Source: Tricharina praecox
Lineage: Eukaryota
Length of the DNA stretch: 64,000 nucleotides
Assembly (NCBI RefSeq): GCF_024521635.1
Contig: NW_026250412.1
Span: 186,001-250,000, forward strand
Direction of reading: 5' to 3'
A program made the translations under genes and the position numbers. Positions 52,001 to 64,000 of the stretch are shown piece after piece. Each line of letters opens with the position of its first letter. Position 1 is the stretch's first letter. The notes beneath the pieces are model-generated. The model was not told the DNA's origin and ran no database searches. It was given only the letters and a program-made list of their open reading frames with translations.

Positions 52001-55000
52001 CGTGTGGCCATAGATAGTATCGACAATCGGAACTAGCGAGCCTTCATGCGAGCCGGAGAAAAGAAAAAATATATAATAATATTAAAAAAAAGCTGCGGTA
52101 ACCAGCCAGCCAATTGCTCGTCCATTGTCGCCAGCTGCCTGCCATAACTGCTTCTCACTTGTGAGGAGAGCGAGCGAGCGGAAGATGGTGCTTTGCGTGC
52201 GTGACAGGGCTGGCCAGCGTCCTCGCTGCATAGTAGAGTAGTTAGTTAGTCGGTCCTCTCACATTCACATGCAGATATGGAATAGGTATCTACATACTTA
52301 GCTACTAAAGCTTCCGAAGGAACACATTTTTCGTCGATGAGCTCATATACCGTCGATGACGGTGTCCCCTCCCCCCTCCTCCTCTGCGCTGTGCAGCAGC
52401 TGCAATCGCATCGTGCCTCGCAGTAGGCCCACTTTCCAGGTCCCTTCAAATCATGTGGGCGTATGTATTCCCGCGAATTCCAAAAGTGATATGATACGTG
52501 CATGTGGTTCTTGCGGGGGGAGCTTTGCTTCCGATCCAATGGATGCTTTCCTAGAGCATGGCCTCGCCGGAGGAGAGCCCGCGGTCGTAGTCCGCACTCC
52601 GCGGTGGTTGCCAGTATGTACATAGGGTACATAGTTAGCCATGGTAGGTAGTGCACCTCCGACTCCGAGTGGGCTGCTTTCTCCCCCCGACGCACAGCAG
52701 CAGCAGAAGCACCACCGGCCAATCCGGACAATCCGGCTAATAGGAGGAGGTGCCGGGAGATTTGAGCCATCCGAGAAGGCCCCATCGTGACCCTTCAGGC
52801 TGTCGGTGCCGTTGTCGTGTGTATGTATGGCTAAACGCCGCAGGTTGTTGCCGTCATTTCTCAATGGGTATGTATGTAGGTGGAACATAACCCCCCTTCC
52901 CTCCTTGAGGGGCACGTTAGGTGGGTATGTACAATGTACATATTGACCGGTACCGTAGTCTGTTGACGAGAAGGCGGGGATAGATAGTAGGTACTGGAGT
53001 TCGCTGTTCGAAACTCTTCGTATCCGCCCAACGGGCTTCAACCTCACGGAATGCTGTGGAGAGATGGGTGGAGAGAGAGGGAGAGGGGAGGGGGAGAGGG
53101 AGAGGGAGAGTAAAACACACCGTCCATCTACGTCCACGCATCCCCTTCAGCCGAATCCCGGTTGCCGGCGTATAAGCATCGTTACTAGTAGTATAATCGA
53201 ACACCGCGCTCACCGAGGCAAGCTTGTAGGTGTTTTTGAGATCAACGAAGAGAGAACAGCTGGCCAAAAGCTTGGGCGCTGCTAGTTAGTAGGAGAGCTC
53301 GGTGTTCACTGTTTCTTTTTGTTGTCTGTTTGGTCGATGGGAGGTGGACGTGGTTCCCCGTAGGTAGAGTAGGAGGTATGTAGGTGAGCAGGAGGGAGAG
53401 AGGTAGCCACAATAGATCACCTACAATCACCCGTGTTGCTCTGCTCGGTGTCACATATGTGCCAATAGTGGTCTATCCCCCCAAGGGCCAAACGGGGCCG
53501 GAGCAGTAGTACTCTACTCTACTCCAGGCTCAGAACATCTCGAACGACGGAACGAGCATGAGATAACAGAAACACTACATACTTCACACCTATTTACATA
53601 TTACCTAGACTGGCAGGAGCCTGGAGAAGCGTATGTAACATACATAAATAGGCGCCGGACAGGGAGGAGGAGGCGCTAAATTAACCGCATTCCGGTCACA
53701 ACGTCGTCCAAATCACAACGGCCTGCGGTCTTGGATCGTATGTATATCGAGTCCGACTGCAGAATCCCATGTTCTGCGTCGGTCATGTATGCACTTACAT
53801 CAAGTAAATACCGTACTTGCGTCCAGGCTGAAACGGCAAAGTGCCTACTTCACAAGTATCTCCCGCTCGTCCGGTCCCTCTAACTACTGCCTTCGGACGT
53901 TTCGTCCACCCATCCAGCCGGCAATTACAATTTGCAGGACAGAATATTTGTACATACATCCGTACATACATCCGTACATATAAATACATACCTCATAGTT
54001 ACCAACGTACCGAAGCCGGCTGCTCCACTAAGAGATGCACATCGTTTCCAAATTTCCAAACGGCCCCTGCAGTGTGCACTCTATCGCCCGTTTTATACAT
54101 GGCAATCAATCGCTCAATCAATCAATCAATCAATCGCTCAACCGCTCAATCACGACCAAAAGACCGGTACATACCTCATATATACCTTATCCGCGCAACA
54201 CTGAGCTCTGAGCTCTCTTCCACCTGGCACCATCAATCAAGGAAAAAGAAAAGAAAGAAGAAAAACCGGACGAACGACTCTTCGGCCATCGCGAAGTTCA
54301 AACCTAGACCGCCGCGGCGGGAACCACAAGCCCACAGCCAGGAGACAACTGCCACAGCCAACCCGGCCCGCGGGAAAAACGGCGACTCGCGAGAGCATAT
54401 TATTGTAATAGAGGGCATCATATACCTATACACACTCCACTCGAAGCTGCGAGGTCGAGTGTAACTAATTACGGTATGCGTTATCGATGCAGCTGTGTTT
54501 GCAACCTCCCAATGGTTTTGCTATGTCTATGCGTACGCACCGTGGGAGGCATTGAGTTGTCCTAGCCAGCCCATCCATCAGGATGCGTGACTTGGACTGG
54601 GACGACACTTGTTTCTGTAGACTGCAGCGCGGTTGTTCCGCTCCGAAGCTCCGTACACCTGGATCCAGCACACTCGAAAAAATCTGCCTGGTCCGGAGCA
54701 TTGGGCTGAAAGTGCAGAGTGGGGGCAAAATACCGGTACTCGGGCGGTTGGCCAATACCTGGCCCGTCAAGGCACCGCCGCACCGGAATGTGGGATCGGC
54801 ATGTCAACTTTCAAGGCACTTCTCGGAGGCATAATAGGACAGGCACATATGTCTCCGAGGGAGGAGGAGGAACACGAGGAGGAATACGAGGCAGAAAGAT
54901 GTGGCCATGCGGACATGGTAATCCATCCAGCAGTGAGCACGCACTTGAATCACGCAAGAATCAAGATAAGTGACTGCCGAGATATTTCTATAGTAGGGCA

Positions 55001-57454
55001 CTTAAAGTACTATACATTGTAGCCAAAGCAGGCCCGGAGAGTCGGAGACTAAATAGATTACCCATTAGTCTCCAAACCTGGGAATCTACAGGAGATAAAT
55101 GGCACTACATACATACATACGGGTTGTAGGTAGGGTGTATGTACCCAAGTATGTGTGTATGTGTGTATGTAGAATTACAAATTGAGTCTTGAGTCTTCAC
55201 GAATAAACGTGGCATATATAGTAGTCACAGTGGCATCACATCACATCACATCACATTACAAGTGCAGTGCAGCCGTCAGTCAGTCGGTTCCTATCTCTGC
55301 TTCCGGTTCGGCGTATGTATCACTAGTATCTACGGAGTCGGGTTTACACCTGCCGGTCTGGTTGGCTAGCTAGAGCGAGAGCGAGATTGGGAATCATGTA
55401 CCGTATATATGTGGGTGGAGTACCTAGATCGTAGGCGTATCACCGACGTATGTACTAGATGGAGGTGGTGATCATTGATGTAGAGTACACGTACATACTC
55501 CACCCAGAGTACGGTACCATCAACGTTCGGGGAGTTTCCGGGGATAGAATCCGCCTGGATATTGCCCAGCCACGGCTGCTTCGACTGACGTGGGGTGGTG
55601 GTGGTGGGGGTGGGATCGATTGAGCTCGAGTGAGAGAGCCCGGAGGCACAAATAGGCTGGGTACTCGGTCGGGGGGTATGGCAGCTGAGTACGGCGGTAT
55701 GAATGGGGATCGGTTGAAGATGGCTCCCTTGGGTTGATGATATGTAGGGGCGGACGGAGGTGCAGTATGGTGGAGAAGAGACTGAAATTTCCCGGCCTTT
55801 GCACTCCACCTGTGGCTCAACCCCCGCCGCCCACGGTGTGGCTCAGCCGTCCACAAGTATCGAGACTTTTCCTCGACGAGCTCGGCTCTTCGGACCCGAC
55901 GAGGAGGGCTTGCTGTGTGCGCTCGTAACCACTGCTCATAGCGGGCATGCTCCACGGGATGTATTTCCGACCCCATGACGCATGGTGACAATCCGCAGTG
56001 GCGCACTTTACTTCATCATTTGCACATTCCATATATTAGTAGTTATGGCCGCCGGTCAATCCGTCCGCAACGGATCTACCGGGTGGCTGATCATTTCGCA
56101 TCTGTGGCGCTCGTCCAAGTGACCGTGCCACGGTGGTGTCCGGTGTCCGCGCGAACAATCCTGCTCCTGGGGTTCGTCGCAATTCGGTGAAGAGAACACC
56201 GATTGGCGAATTTTTTTTCCCCGCCCAGATCAACATAGATACAAGGCGGTCTTATGGTTGGAGCCTGTAACTTAGTTGACGCAGGGAAACCACCGCAAAA
56301 GAATCGTTGGGCTAACGTGAATGGAAGGTGGGGTGGGGTGCCTGTCAATCTTGGATCTTGATCGGAATCGGCCACAATGCATCTCCGAATAGTCTAGTGA
56401 AGTATTTAAGTGTTCTTCTCCACAGAAGCAGGTAAGGCCGTCTGCATATGTGCGTCTCTGTGATCGCAGCAGCAGTGGGCTCGTAGGCATGTACCGATAC
56501 TGAGGGGAGTGACTAGAGTTATGTGTGTAGGTCGTCAGCCAACGACAGCGCGGAGCTAGAAAGCTAAGGTCGGCATGATGATAATGATAATGATGATGAT
56601 GGTGATAATGATGATGAGTGGAGCGTTTGGTGGAAGAGAAGGGCTACCTAGAGCCCCGTCCGGAAGCAGCCGCCTTGACGAGCTCGCCAACGAACCCAGC
56701 GCGGCGCCGACTGAACTCTGAAGCTCTCCCTGGGTTAGGGGTTGCCCCGAGGGTGAGCACCCAGCGCCCAGCGCCCCCTCCCCCAGCCGATCCGCCTGGC
56801 CGTCCATCCATCGCAAACTACCGCCGCGGCTGCCGAAAAAATAGATAGACAGCTCGAACGCAGCCTTGAACGCGAACACCACGGGACCGCTTCAAACGAC
56901 TTTGGACTCTGGAAGCGCTAAGCGACAAGCTCCGGACAGCTCCAGCTCTACCGAGAGAATATCGCCTCAAGAAACGCGCTCTCCTCACAGCCAGCTCGAA
57001 CCCGAGAGCCAGACAGACAGACAGACAGAGAGACAGAGATAGAGAGAGAGAAAGAGAGAGCATAGTGACTACACGGACAGACTGATTTTCTACATCCAGT
57101 TACATAATCCTCTCCCGTCCAATAGCTCGGCCGTCACCACCTCCATCTCCGCTCGTTCAAAAACCAACCAACCACCATCCCGTCCTCCCACTATCAACTC
57201 CCTCCACATCCACAACCACCTCCACCACCATCTCCACCACCGCCTCCACCTCCACCTCCCTCGTCCTCCCACTGCTACCGCCACCTCCAACTACACACAC
57301 ACAACCCTCCCCCCCCCCGCCCCTCCGACTGGTCGACAGCTGGCACCGCCTTAGCTTCGGTCATACCGCTCCCGACCGACCGATCTTATCGTCTCGTAAC
57401 TTCGTTCGGCAGCGGCCTTCACCTCTTGGTCCCCACCCCCCTCCTAGGCTGCAT

Positions 57455-59468
57455 ATGCCTCCCGCCAACACCCCATCGGTAAACACTCACTCACACTCAT
57501 GGTTTCGTTGTTTTGTAGTAGTTGGTTCTTCTTGCTTTCGCGAACGAAACGATAGAGAGACAAAAAGCGCCCCTGCACTAACGGTATGTGTGTGTGCTGC
57601 TCGTCCAGGACACGCCTTCGCTGTCGCCGCATCGAAGGTCGGATACCCTTCCTGGCGTTGCTGAGCTTGACGCTCGTAACTTCCAGGTTACTGCTCGCTA
57701 TCAACTACCTCTCATTGATGAATCCCTCAGGCTTCGGGCCTCTGGGCCACTGTTAAATCGCTCTCACCGGCACGATCCAGCTGGTACTAGCGGGCTAGAC
57801 GGTGGTCGGCCGCGACGACCGGGCGCCAGTCGTCCACGTCGCAATTCCCGAGACCAGGATCTCCGCCACCCGAGAGAGCACGCCTATGGTCCCCGTATAC
57901 CACTGGTGCGGCCTGGAGAGCGGCAATCGATCTATGACTGGGCCCCGGTCCCCGCTCCGCCGGTGCCTCCTGCTCCAGCCCCGCCAGGAATCGACGATGA
58001 ACCGACAAGCCGTTCATTACCGCCACTCTTCGGCTACGAAGAAGATCTGCCCAGATATTTCCCCTTCATGAGCAGAGACTTCAGTGCTATGCTCGAAGCC
58101 GGAGGGTTCCGTTTGATGGGCGAGGCCCAGCGATCGCGGTACAGCGATCTATTTGGTGGTGGAGGTGGAGGTGGGGGAGGAGCAGGGGGAAGCCGAGGAG
58201 CCGGAGGATCAGGAGGAGGAGGTGGTGGTGGGGGTGGGAGTGGCGCATCATATTCATCATCGTCATCCGCTACTACCACTACCAGTACCTCTGCGACCGT
58301 TGCTCCGGTGACCACGCGGAGTACGAATCCGCGACGAATCACACGCCCACGAGTTTATTGGCCGGATCCAGCGACATCGTCAGGCAGAGATCACCAGGCC
58401 AGAGACAGAATGATGGATGATGCCGATTGGGATGACACTGGTGCGATCCTTCGTTCTCGATTCTTTAGGACTCGACACGGACATGAGGGGTCACAGGATT
58501 CGCGTCTTCCGGAGGCATCCAACGAGGTTGAAAAAGCAATCGAGTATCTTTCTAAGGTCCGCGGATGCAAAACTCCCCAGGAGAGCTTACGCTTGGCTGT
58601 ACGACTGGGATTTTATACCGGAGACGATTGGGCGCGGCTGTTCGACGAACAGCCAAGGTGTGACGATCTTGTCTTGGATACATCGTTCTTGCGAGTTGCT
58701 GAAACGTCGTGGCTGGAAGCTGGAGGTGTATTTTGGGGCTCGCAAATTGCACCAGCGATATCACCTATCTACGAGATGTCGTCGACCCGTTCAAACGCAT
58801 CTTCGAGTGGCTCAACTTCTAGCCAATGGACCGTGAAGCTCAGCATATCGAGTATCGACTACAAGCAATTGCGCCTAAGTGAGTTCACCCCCATACTTTA
58901 CCCACCGAGATACCTATTCCATTGAGAGGCAGATGGCTGACAAAGTTTATTTTGCATGCATAACAGCGGGTACGATGGAGGCATTCACGGATGCAAAGAC
59001 CAATATCAAGACTTATTTCGAGGGCGAGATTATAGACTTCAACGGACACTCACTTCAAACCCTCACTTTTGCGAGCACGTTGGGGGATGATGCCAACAAT
59101 TGGCGCAAGCTGGATCCTTTCGTTTGTCTTTCCAACCACGAGCTCGTCAAGTGCCTTGTGTCTAGGAAGTTCATGAAAGAGCTCAATGATCGATGGTTGT
59201 TTTTACGCATCAAAGGTTGGTCGAAATTATCTCATCAACTGCCCAACCGGACTCGAACTGACAATGCCACCATACAGAGCTTGATTTTATCTCTCCGGTG
59301 CCAGAGGCAGACGTGGGGGGTCTCACCATCGGCGGCTTCTACTACCTCGCACTGAGGCGAGATGATGGTCGTATCCAAGGCTACTACTACGACTCGCAGA
59401 GCCAACCTTTCCAAGAACTCACGCTGATGCCCAACAAGCGATTATTCCCATCATATGAGTTCAGGTGA
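57455..59468 (+). CDS. GID4/VID24-family protein with long N-terminal extension, 4 exons
   Basis: F.GSQ, QWTVKL, GTMEA, TYFEGEIIDF, D..NWRKL.PF, FLRIKE, GLTIGGFYY, IQGYYYD..SQPFQ.L.L, C-terminal YEFR; first exon MPPANTPS with intron 57479-57608 inferred. Confidence 0.85.
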
Positions 59469-60365
59469 TGTCTCCTTCACCGACAGACAGAAAGTCAATC
59501 TACATTTGCTTTTTATTTTTATTTTTATTGTAGTGCATTCCCCTTATCTTACCCTTTGCCGTGTTCCGTGTTTGTTGCCTATGTAGGGCCTGTTACTTTG
59601 TACTTTGGCTTGGCTTGTTTGTTCTATTGCTATGATAGTGTTTGCCCTTCGCCTTTAGTAGGTACGATTTGCTTGGTTTTCGTTTTCGTTTTGTTTCTTT
59701 TTCTTTTCGTTCGAAGGCGCTCCGGAGTGTTTTAGGTATTTGTGCAGAATCGGTTCGGTATGGCTATGGTATGGCAATGGCAATGGGCGTTGTTTTCCTT
59801 TCTTTTCTTTTTCTTTTTCTTTTACTTCTTTTCTGGTCAAATGAAATGGGAATGGGACAACAGGTACCTACGGCAGGGCAGGACAGGTCAGGTCAGGGCG
59901 ACGGATGGGCAAATGCGGGTTTGGTTTGATTTGTACGAACGACGAACGGTTTTAAGCAACTACAATAGATGCTTGAGGAAAAAAACCTCTTCCGCCTTCA
60001 GCTATTGTGATGAACTCTATTTCTATTGACTCCCCGCCGCTTTCGCTTCGCGCGGGAGATTTTTTCTTGTGGGTAATTACTTACACTAGGTAGTGATAGC
60101 AACACCAAGTACATATGGTAGGTACTTAGTTTATATCATATCGTACATACGTCCATCCCACATCCCACATTCAACCATTCAACCACACCATCGTCATCGC
60201 AAACGTGTCTCCCAATCCCAGACCAGAAAAGCAAAACGAACTAATCATCATCCATCATACGCCATCCACTCATCCATCATCCATTCACCCAACCATCCCA
60301 CCAACCACCCACCCACTCACAGCAGCCGTTCCCATCTTATTTTCGATATCCTACAACCCATCCGT

Positions 60366-62817
60366 TTACCGCGCCATCCTCTTCCTCTCCAAGAAGTTAT
60401 CAACGCTAGAGACCATGCTGATGGCCTTATTCGTGAAGGCGACGAAGCCGTCGACGGCGCCGTCGCCGCTGCTGCTCGAGCCCGCCGCAGGCAAGTACTG
60501 CATCGTGATCTCTGTGCGGCGGCCACCACTGACTCCGCCCTCGACCACCGCACGCGAGATCTTGTAGCCCTTGCCCACCAGCTCCACCACGCGGCGGAAC
60601 TCCATACCCACGAACTGGTACGAGATCATTTCCGACTCGGGGGCCTCTGGAGCCTCCGGGCGAGGAGGGTTGGAGGCGTCGGCGGGAGATGTGTCTCCGG
60701 ACGGGGGTAAGACCATCCATCGGGGGATGTGGATGTTTAGCTTGGTGGAGGCGCGGAGCGTGTAGTCCTCTGCGACGTTGAGCTGGGAGTTGGCGACGAA
60801 GCGGGACCATTCCGACGTGGCGATGCCGCCGAGTTCCGGCGCGTCCTCGCGGACCTCGAGGTAGCCTTCCTGGCGGCGCGCGAATTTCAGGTCGCAGCTG
60901 AAGCGCGGGAGCATCAGGTCTGCGTGCGACTCTGAGCCAAGCGCGAAGATCTGCGGCGTCTGCGGGGAGCCCGTGGATTCGTCGATGCTGAAGGTCATGC
61001 GGATCGGAGGGTATTGCTCGAATACGGAGGGATGCGCCCAGGGAGAGGGGAGGAAGCGCAGCTGGAAGTATTCCTTCGAGGTGGCGTTCTCGAGCGGCGG
61101 CGCAGGAATCTCAAAGTCGGAGCGGCGGATGGGATCCTGAGAGAAGACGGGGATTCCAGCAAAGGTATGACCGAACACGCGAGGCTTGTCGTGGAATAAT
61201 TGAAGGAAGCGCATGATGTCAAGCTCGTAATCCTTGGTGGTGCGGATGTTGTAGTCATCGGTGTTGATGGCATAGAGGAGGTGACCAATCGTTGCTTCGT
61301 ATTTTGTGCTGAACCGCTGGTCCAATGTGCTGTTCGCTTTCTCGGATATCTCGCTCAGTGCCTCCCAGACGGTAGAGATGTATCCGCGGTCTCCGCTTCC
61401 CACTCGTCGGATTACGTCGGCGGATTTGTATGTCAGTCGGTCGGCTGCTGCGCGAGTGATCTTCTTGTTCTGCACCACCGGTTTCACACGGCCCCATTCT
61501 CGGTTCCGCGCAGTCCATGGTAACGAGGCAAGCTCGGACGTGGGGTAAAGAGCAACCATCTCCGAGTTGATGATAGGTGGGTTGTACAGCAGACAGCTGT
61601 TCGTCCTCAGCTGTAAGTCAATTGAAGAGATTAGGAGCCGCCGGGCATCGTCGAGATTGTGTCGTGAAGGGCCCAATGTAGAAATGCGAAGCTGAACCAA
61701 CAATTAGCAACCTTACAATGAGTGTCTTGGAGAGAGGAAACACATACAGCATCTGGAGAGATATTCTCAATGAATGTGTTCGTTAGGCGAGATATGGTAG
61801 GAATAAACTCATCCCTCAAAGGCGCAATCCGATTCGTAGCGGTGATGGAAAACTCCTCAGTTATAACCGCCTTGAGCGTTTCGGCAAGAGCTTTCTCGAT
61901 CTTCTCTATACTAGCCAAACTGGCCTGTATAGAGAGCAGCCCCTTCGCAACGTCGACCGTGATCCTGGCGGCAGAGCTTTCGGCCCATTGTCGTAGGATC
62001 CGCCCGTCTAAATCTATCAGTCACTGTCACAAACTTCTTCCCATAGCGACAAAACAAGAACACAAAGAGCCAATAGTGGGGTGGGTGATGAGAGTGGAGA
62101 AAACCTACCCTCGCCAATGAGGAAGAAGATATCTCTGGTGGTGATGTTGATGTCCTTGAGCACAATCACGTCCTCGCGTTCCGCGATTTCTTCGGCGACA
62201 ATCATCTTCCACCGATCGCGCATCACCGCATGGATGACATCCGGCTTCCTTGTGTACCGGCGGTGTTCCGGTGGCGTAGTGGTATCCTCTGGCAGCGAAC
62301 TCTCAAAGTAGTCCTGCAACTGCGTCATGTTGAACGCATGGGACAGCTGGTTGTAAAGTTGATCGTATCGCTGTTGCGACACCCGTGGCTCGAGAGGTCT
62401 GGCCAGCGATATCTCCATCTTGGTGGCATCGAGCAATGCCTCCATCTCGTACGTGAGCACCGCATTCGACAGATTCGCCAGCTGCAGCTTATCCAGCGGC
62501 GAGATAGTAACCTTCGGTGCTGTGTATTTCGGCCGTGGCGGGGCGAGGACAAGGAGCTCGTGGCCGGAATCTCCTACTCTTTTCCCAGCGTATTCTTTTA
62601 TGGGGTTGCCGATTTTCGTCAAGGTGGGCCCGCCAACATTGCCGCCGCTGACGGTGGGGGTAGCATCGTGATCATCGGCAGGAGAGTGGTGAGAATTCGC
62701 TGCTGTGGTATACCGCAGTGCTGCGCCGATGCGGGTGGGCGTCCGGAACGTCGCGTATGCAGAGCGGGCGTGGCAGCGGCAGCATACTGCGAACAAGGAG
62801 CCTGTTGTTGGTGGCAT
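60366..62817 (-). CDS. Mitochondrial inner-membrane-bound regulator (Sls1-like), 3 exons
   Basis: Presequence-like N-terminus (VCCRCHARSAY); YNQLSHAFNMTQLQDY..VMRDRW recalled as SLS1 N-domain; C-terminal DLMLP..CDLKF and VEGGVSGGRRTE. Confidence 0.7.
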
Positions 62818-63071
62818 ATGAGATCGTTCAAGTATTGTAGAACCACCGCCAGGAGAAAAGTTTGGGATGTAAATTGTCCCCACTAGCGCCGATGCGGGAG
62901 GCGTCTGGGCAAACGTAATCCACACGATTTATCACTCGTGCACAGGATAATCCCCGACGCTCGGAATTCTTCAGGCATGCTTCCATGGCCGGAATTGCCC
63001 GAATACAAAATCGATGAGAAAAAAAGCTCTTTGAGCACACTTATAAGAATTATGTAGTTCAATGGATTGAC

Positions 63072-64000
63072 CTAAGACAACGCAACAAGCTCATTCCCCA
63101 GAATCCCAAACGCGGTCCAACGTCCAGTCCTCCCCCCGATCCTATCCGCCACAATCTCGAAGACCGTGCCCTCATCAACCGTGCTCCTTGCCCCTCTCCT
63201 ACCATATCTCTCCTCGTTGGGCTCATATGGATGTCTCGAAAGCAAGATATGGAGGTCAGCCCCGTAAGAGAACGTTGATCCATTCAAGAACCTCAGCGAC
63301 GAATCAGCAAACACACTCGGCAGTGTGCTATGCTTGAACGCAAATCTAGGATGAAAGTTTGGCGTGTCAGGAGGGGTGGTAGTATGGGGTGTATCGTTTA
63401 GCAACAATACAGCGATCCCGTAGGTCTTCACCAGCACCGCAAAACTGCGGAGAACCTCCACAAGCATAGCCTGGCCTGCACGGAGCCCAGCACATCAGCA
63501 CATACGCCCCTCCCCCGCATCCATCGGTGGGGGAAAGGAAACATACCCTGAAGCTGGCTCTTATTAACCATCGTCGCATACAGCAGCGTGACGTTATCGA
63601 CAACCACCAACCTCACGCCGCGCTTGGTCCTCTCATACGGCACCTCGCGCCCACCATCCCCCTCCTCGTCCTCCGACTCCCCCTCACTATCAGGCACAAC
63701 GTTACTCTCCCTCTGCCGCGTGCGGTGATCATCTCTGATCTCATCGATCGTCTCGACGAGGCCCTGGAGATCGAAGACGCGGGTGATCTTTGCCCGCTCC
63801 AGAAGCGAAGTGGCGACCTCTTGTGACGGAGATGTGGCAAAAATGATTTCCTTGAGCGTTTCGCCGGGGAAATTCCCCGTCGTGTCCACCCATATCGCTT
63901 CGGTAGTCGGGTCCGAGAGGATATGTGAGGAGAAGGTGTGCAGCGCTATCTGGTGGCTGATGTTAGCAACGACATGGCAGTAAAGTGGGACGAGTCAGAT
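63072..64000 (-). CDS. RAD51 paralog (RAD51D/Rad55-like), 3' part; 5' exons lie beyond the window
   Basis: AIWVDTTGNF, RVFDLQGLVE, Walker-B-like LVVVDNV, AVLLLN, VFEIVADR. Confidence 0.75.

Noticed and set aside
55734..55785. TGATGA...CTGA pair resembling a C/D snoRNA
   Set aside because: Only ~50 nt, poor terminal stem, no recognisable rRNA guide
56730..56745. GGGTTAGGGG as a telomere repeat or telomerase template
   Set aside because: Single imperfect copy, expected by chance

Overview
Gene-dense, intron-rich eukaryotic DNA from a filamentous ascomycete. Evidence: short GT-AG introns with CTRAY branch sites, GC-rich codons and many microsatellites; Pezizomycetes is my best guess, not verified. 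I can support about 22 conserved protein-coding genes: GT90/CAP10 glycosyltransferase (5' partial), ferric reductase, CCDC124/Lso2, TAD1, MED31, NT-C2 protein, PTS2-bearing acyl-CoA synthetase, PAL1, STM1, ARE2, TBC RabGAP, PP2A-A, FRS1, HUT1, an uncharacterised Pro-rich protein, SPP1, URH1, EFM4, galactonate dehydratase, GID4/VID24-like, SLS1-like and a RAD51 paralog (5' partial). There is also a probable 68-aa microprotein. I found no rRNA, tRNA, intact transposon or CRISPR array, and no clear-cut novel multi-gene system. The best leads are: strongly structured introns in STM1; an uncharacterised protein with gamma-adaptin-ear-type motifs, RRxS repeats and a CxxC..HxxC tail; a long GID4-like receptor that itself starts Met-Pro; the microprotein abutting TAD1; poly-G tracts after the PAL1 stop; and an ~8 kb gene-poor stretch with a possible secreted-peptide ORF. 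Exon boundaries were read by eye and family calls come from motif recognition, not database searches.
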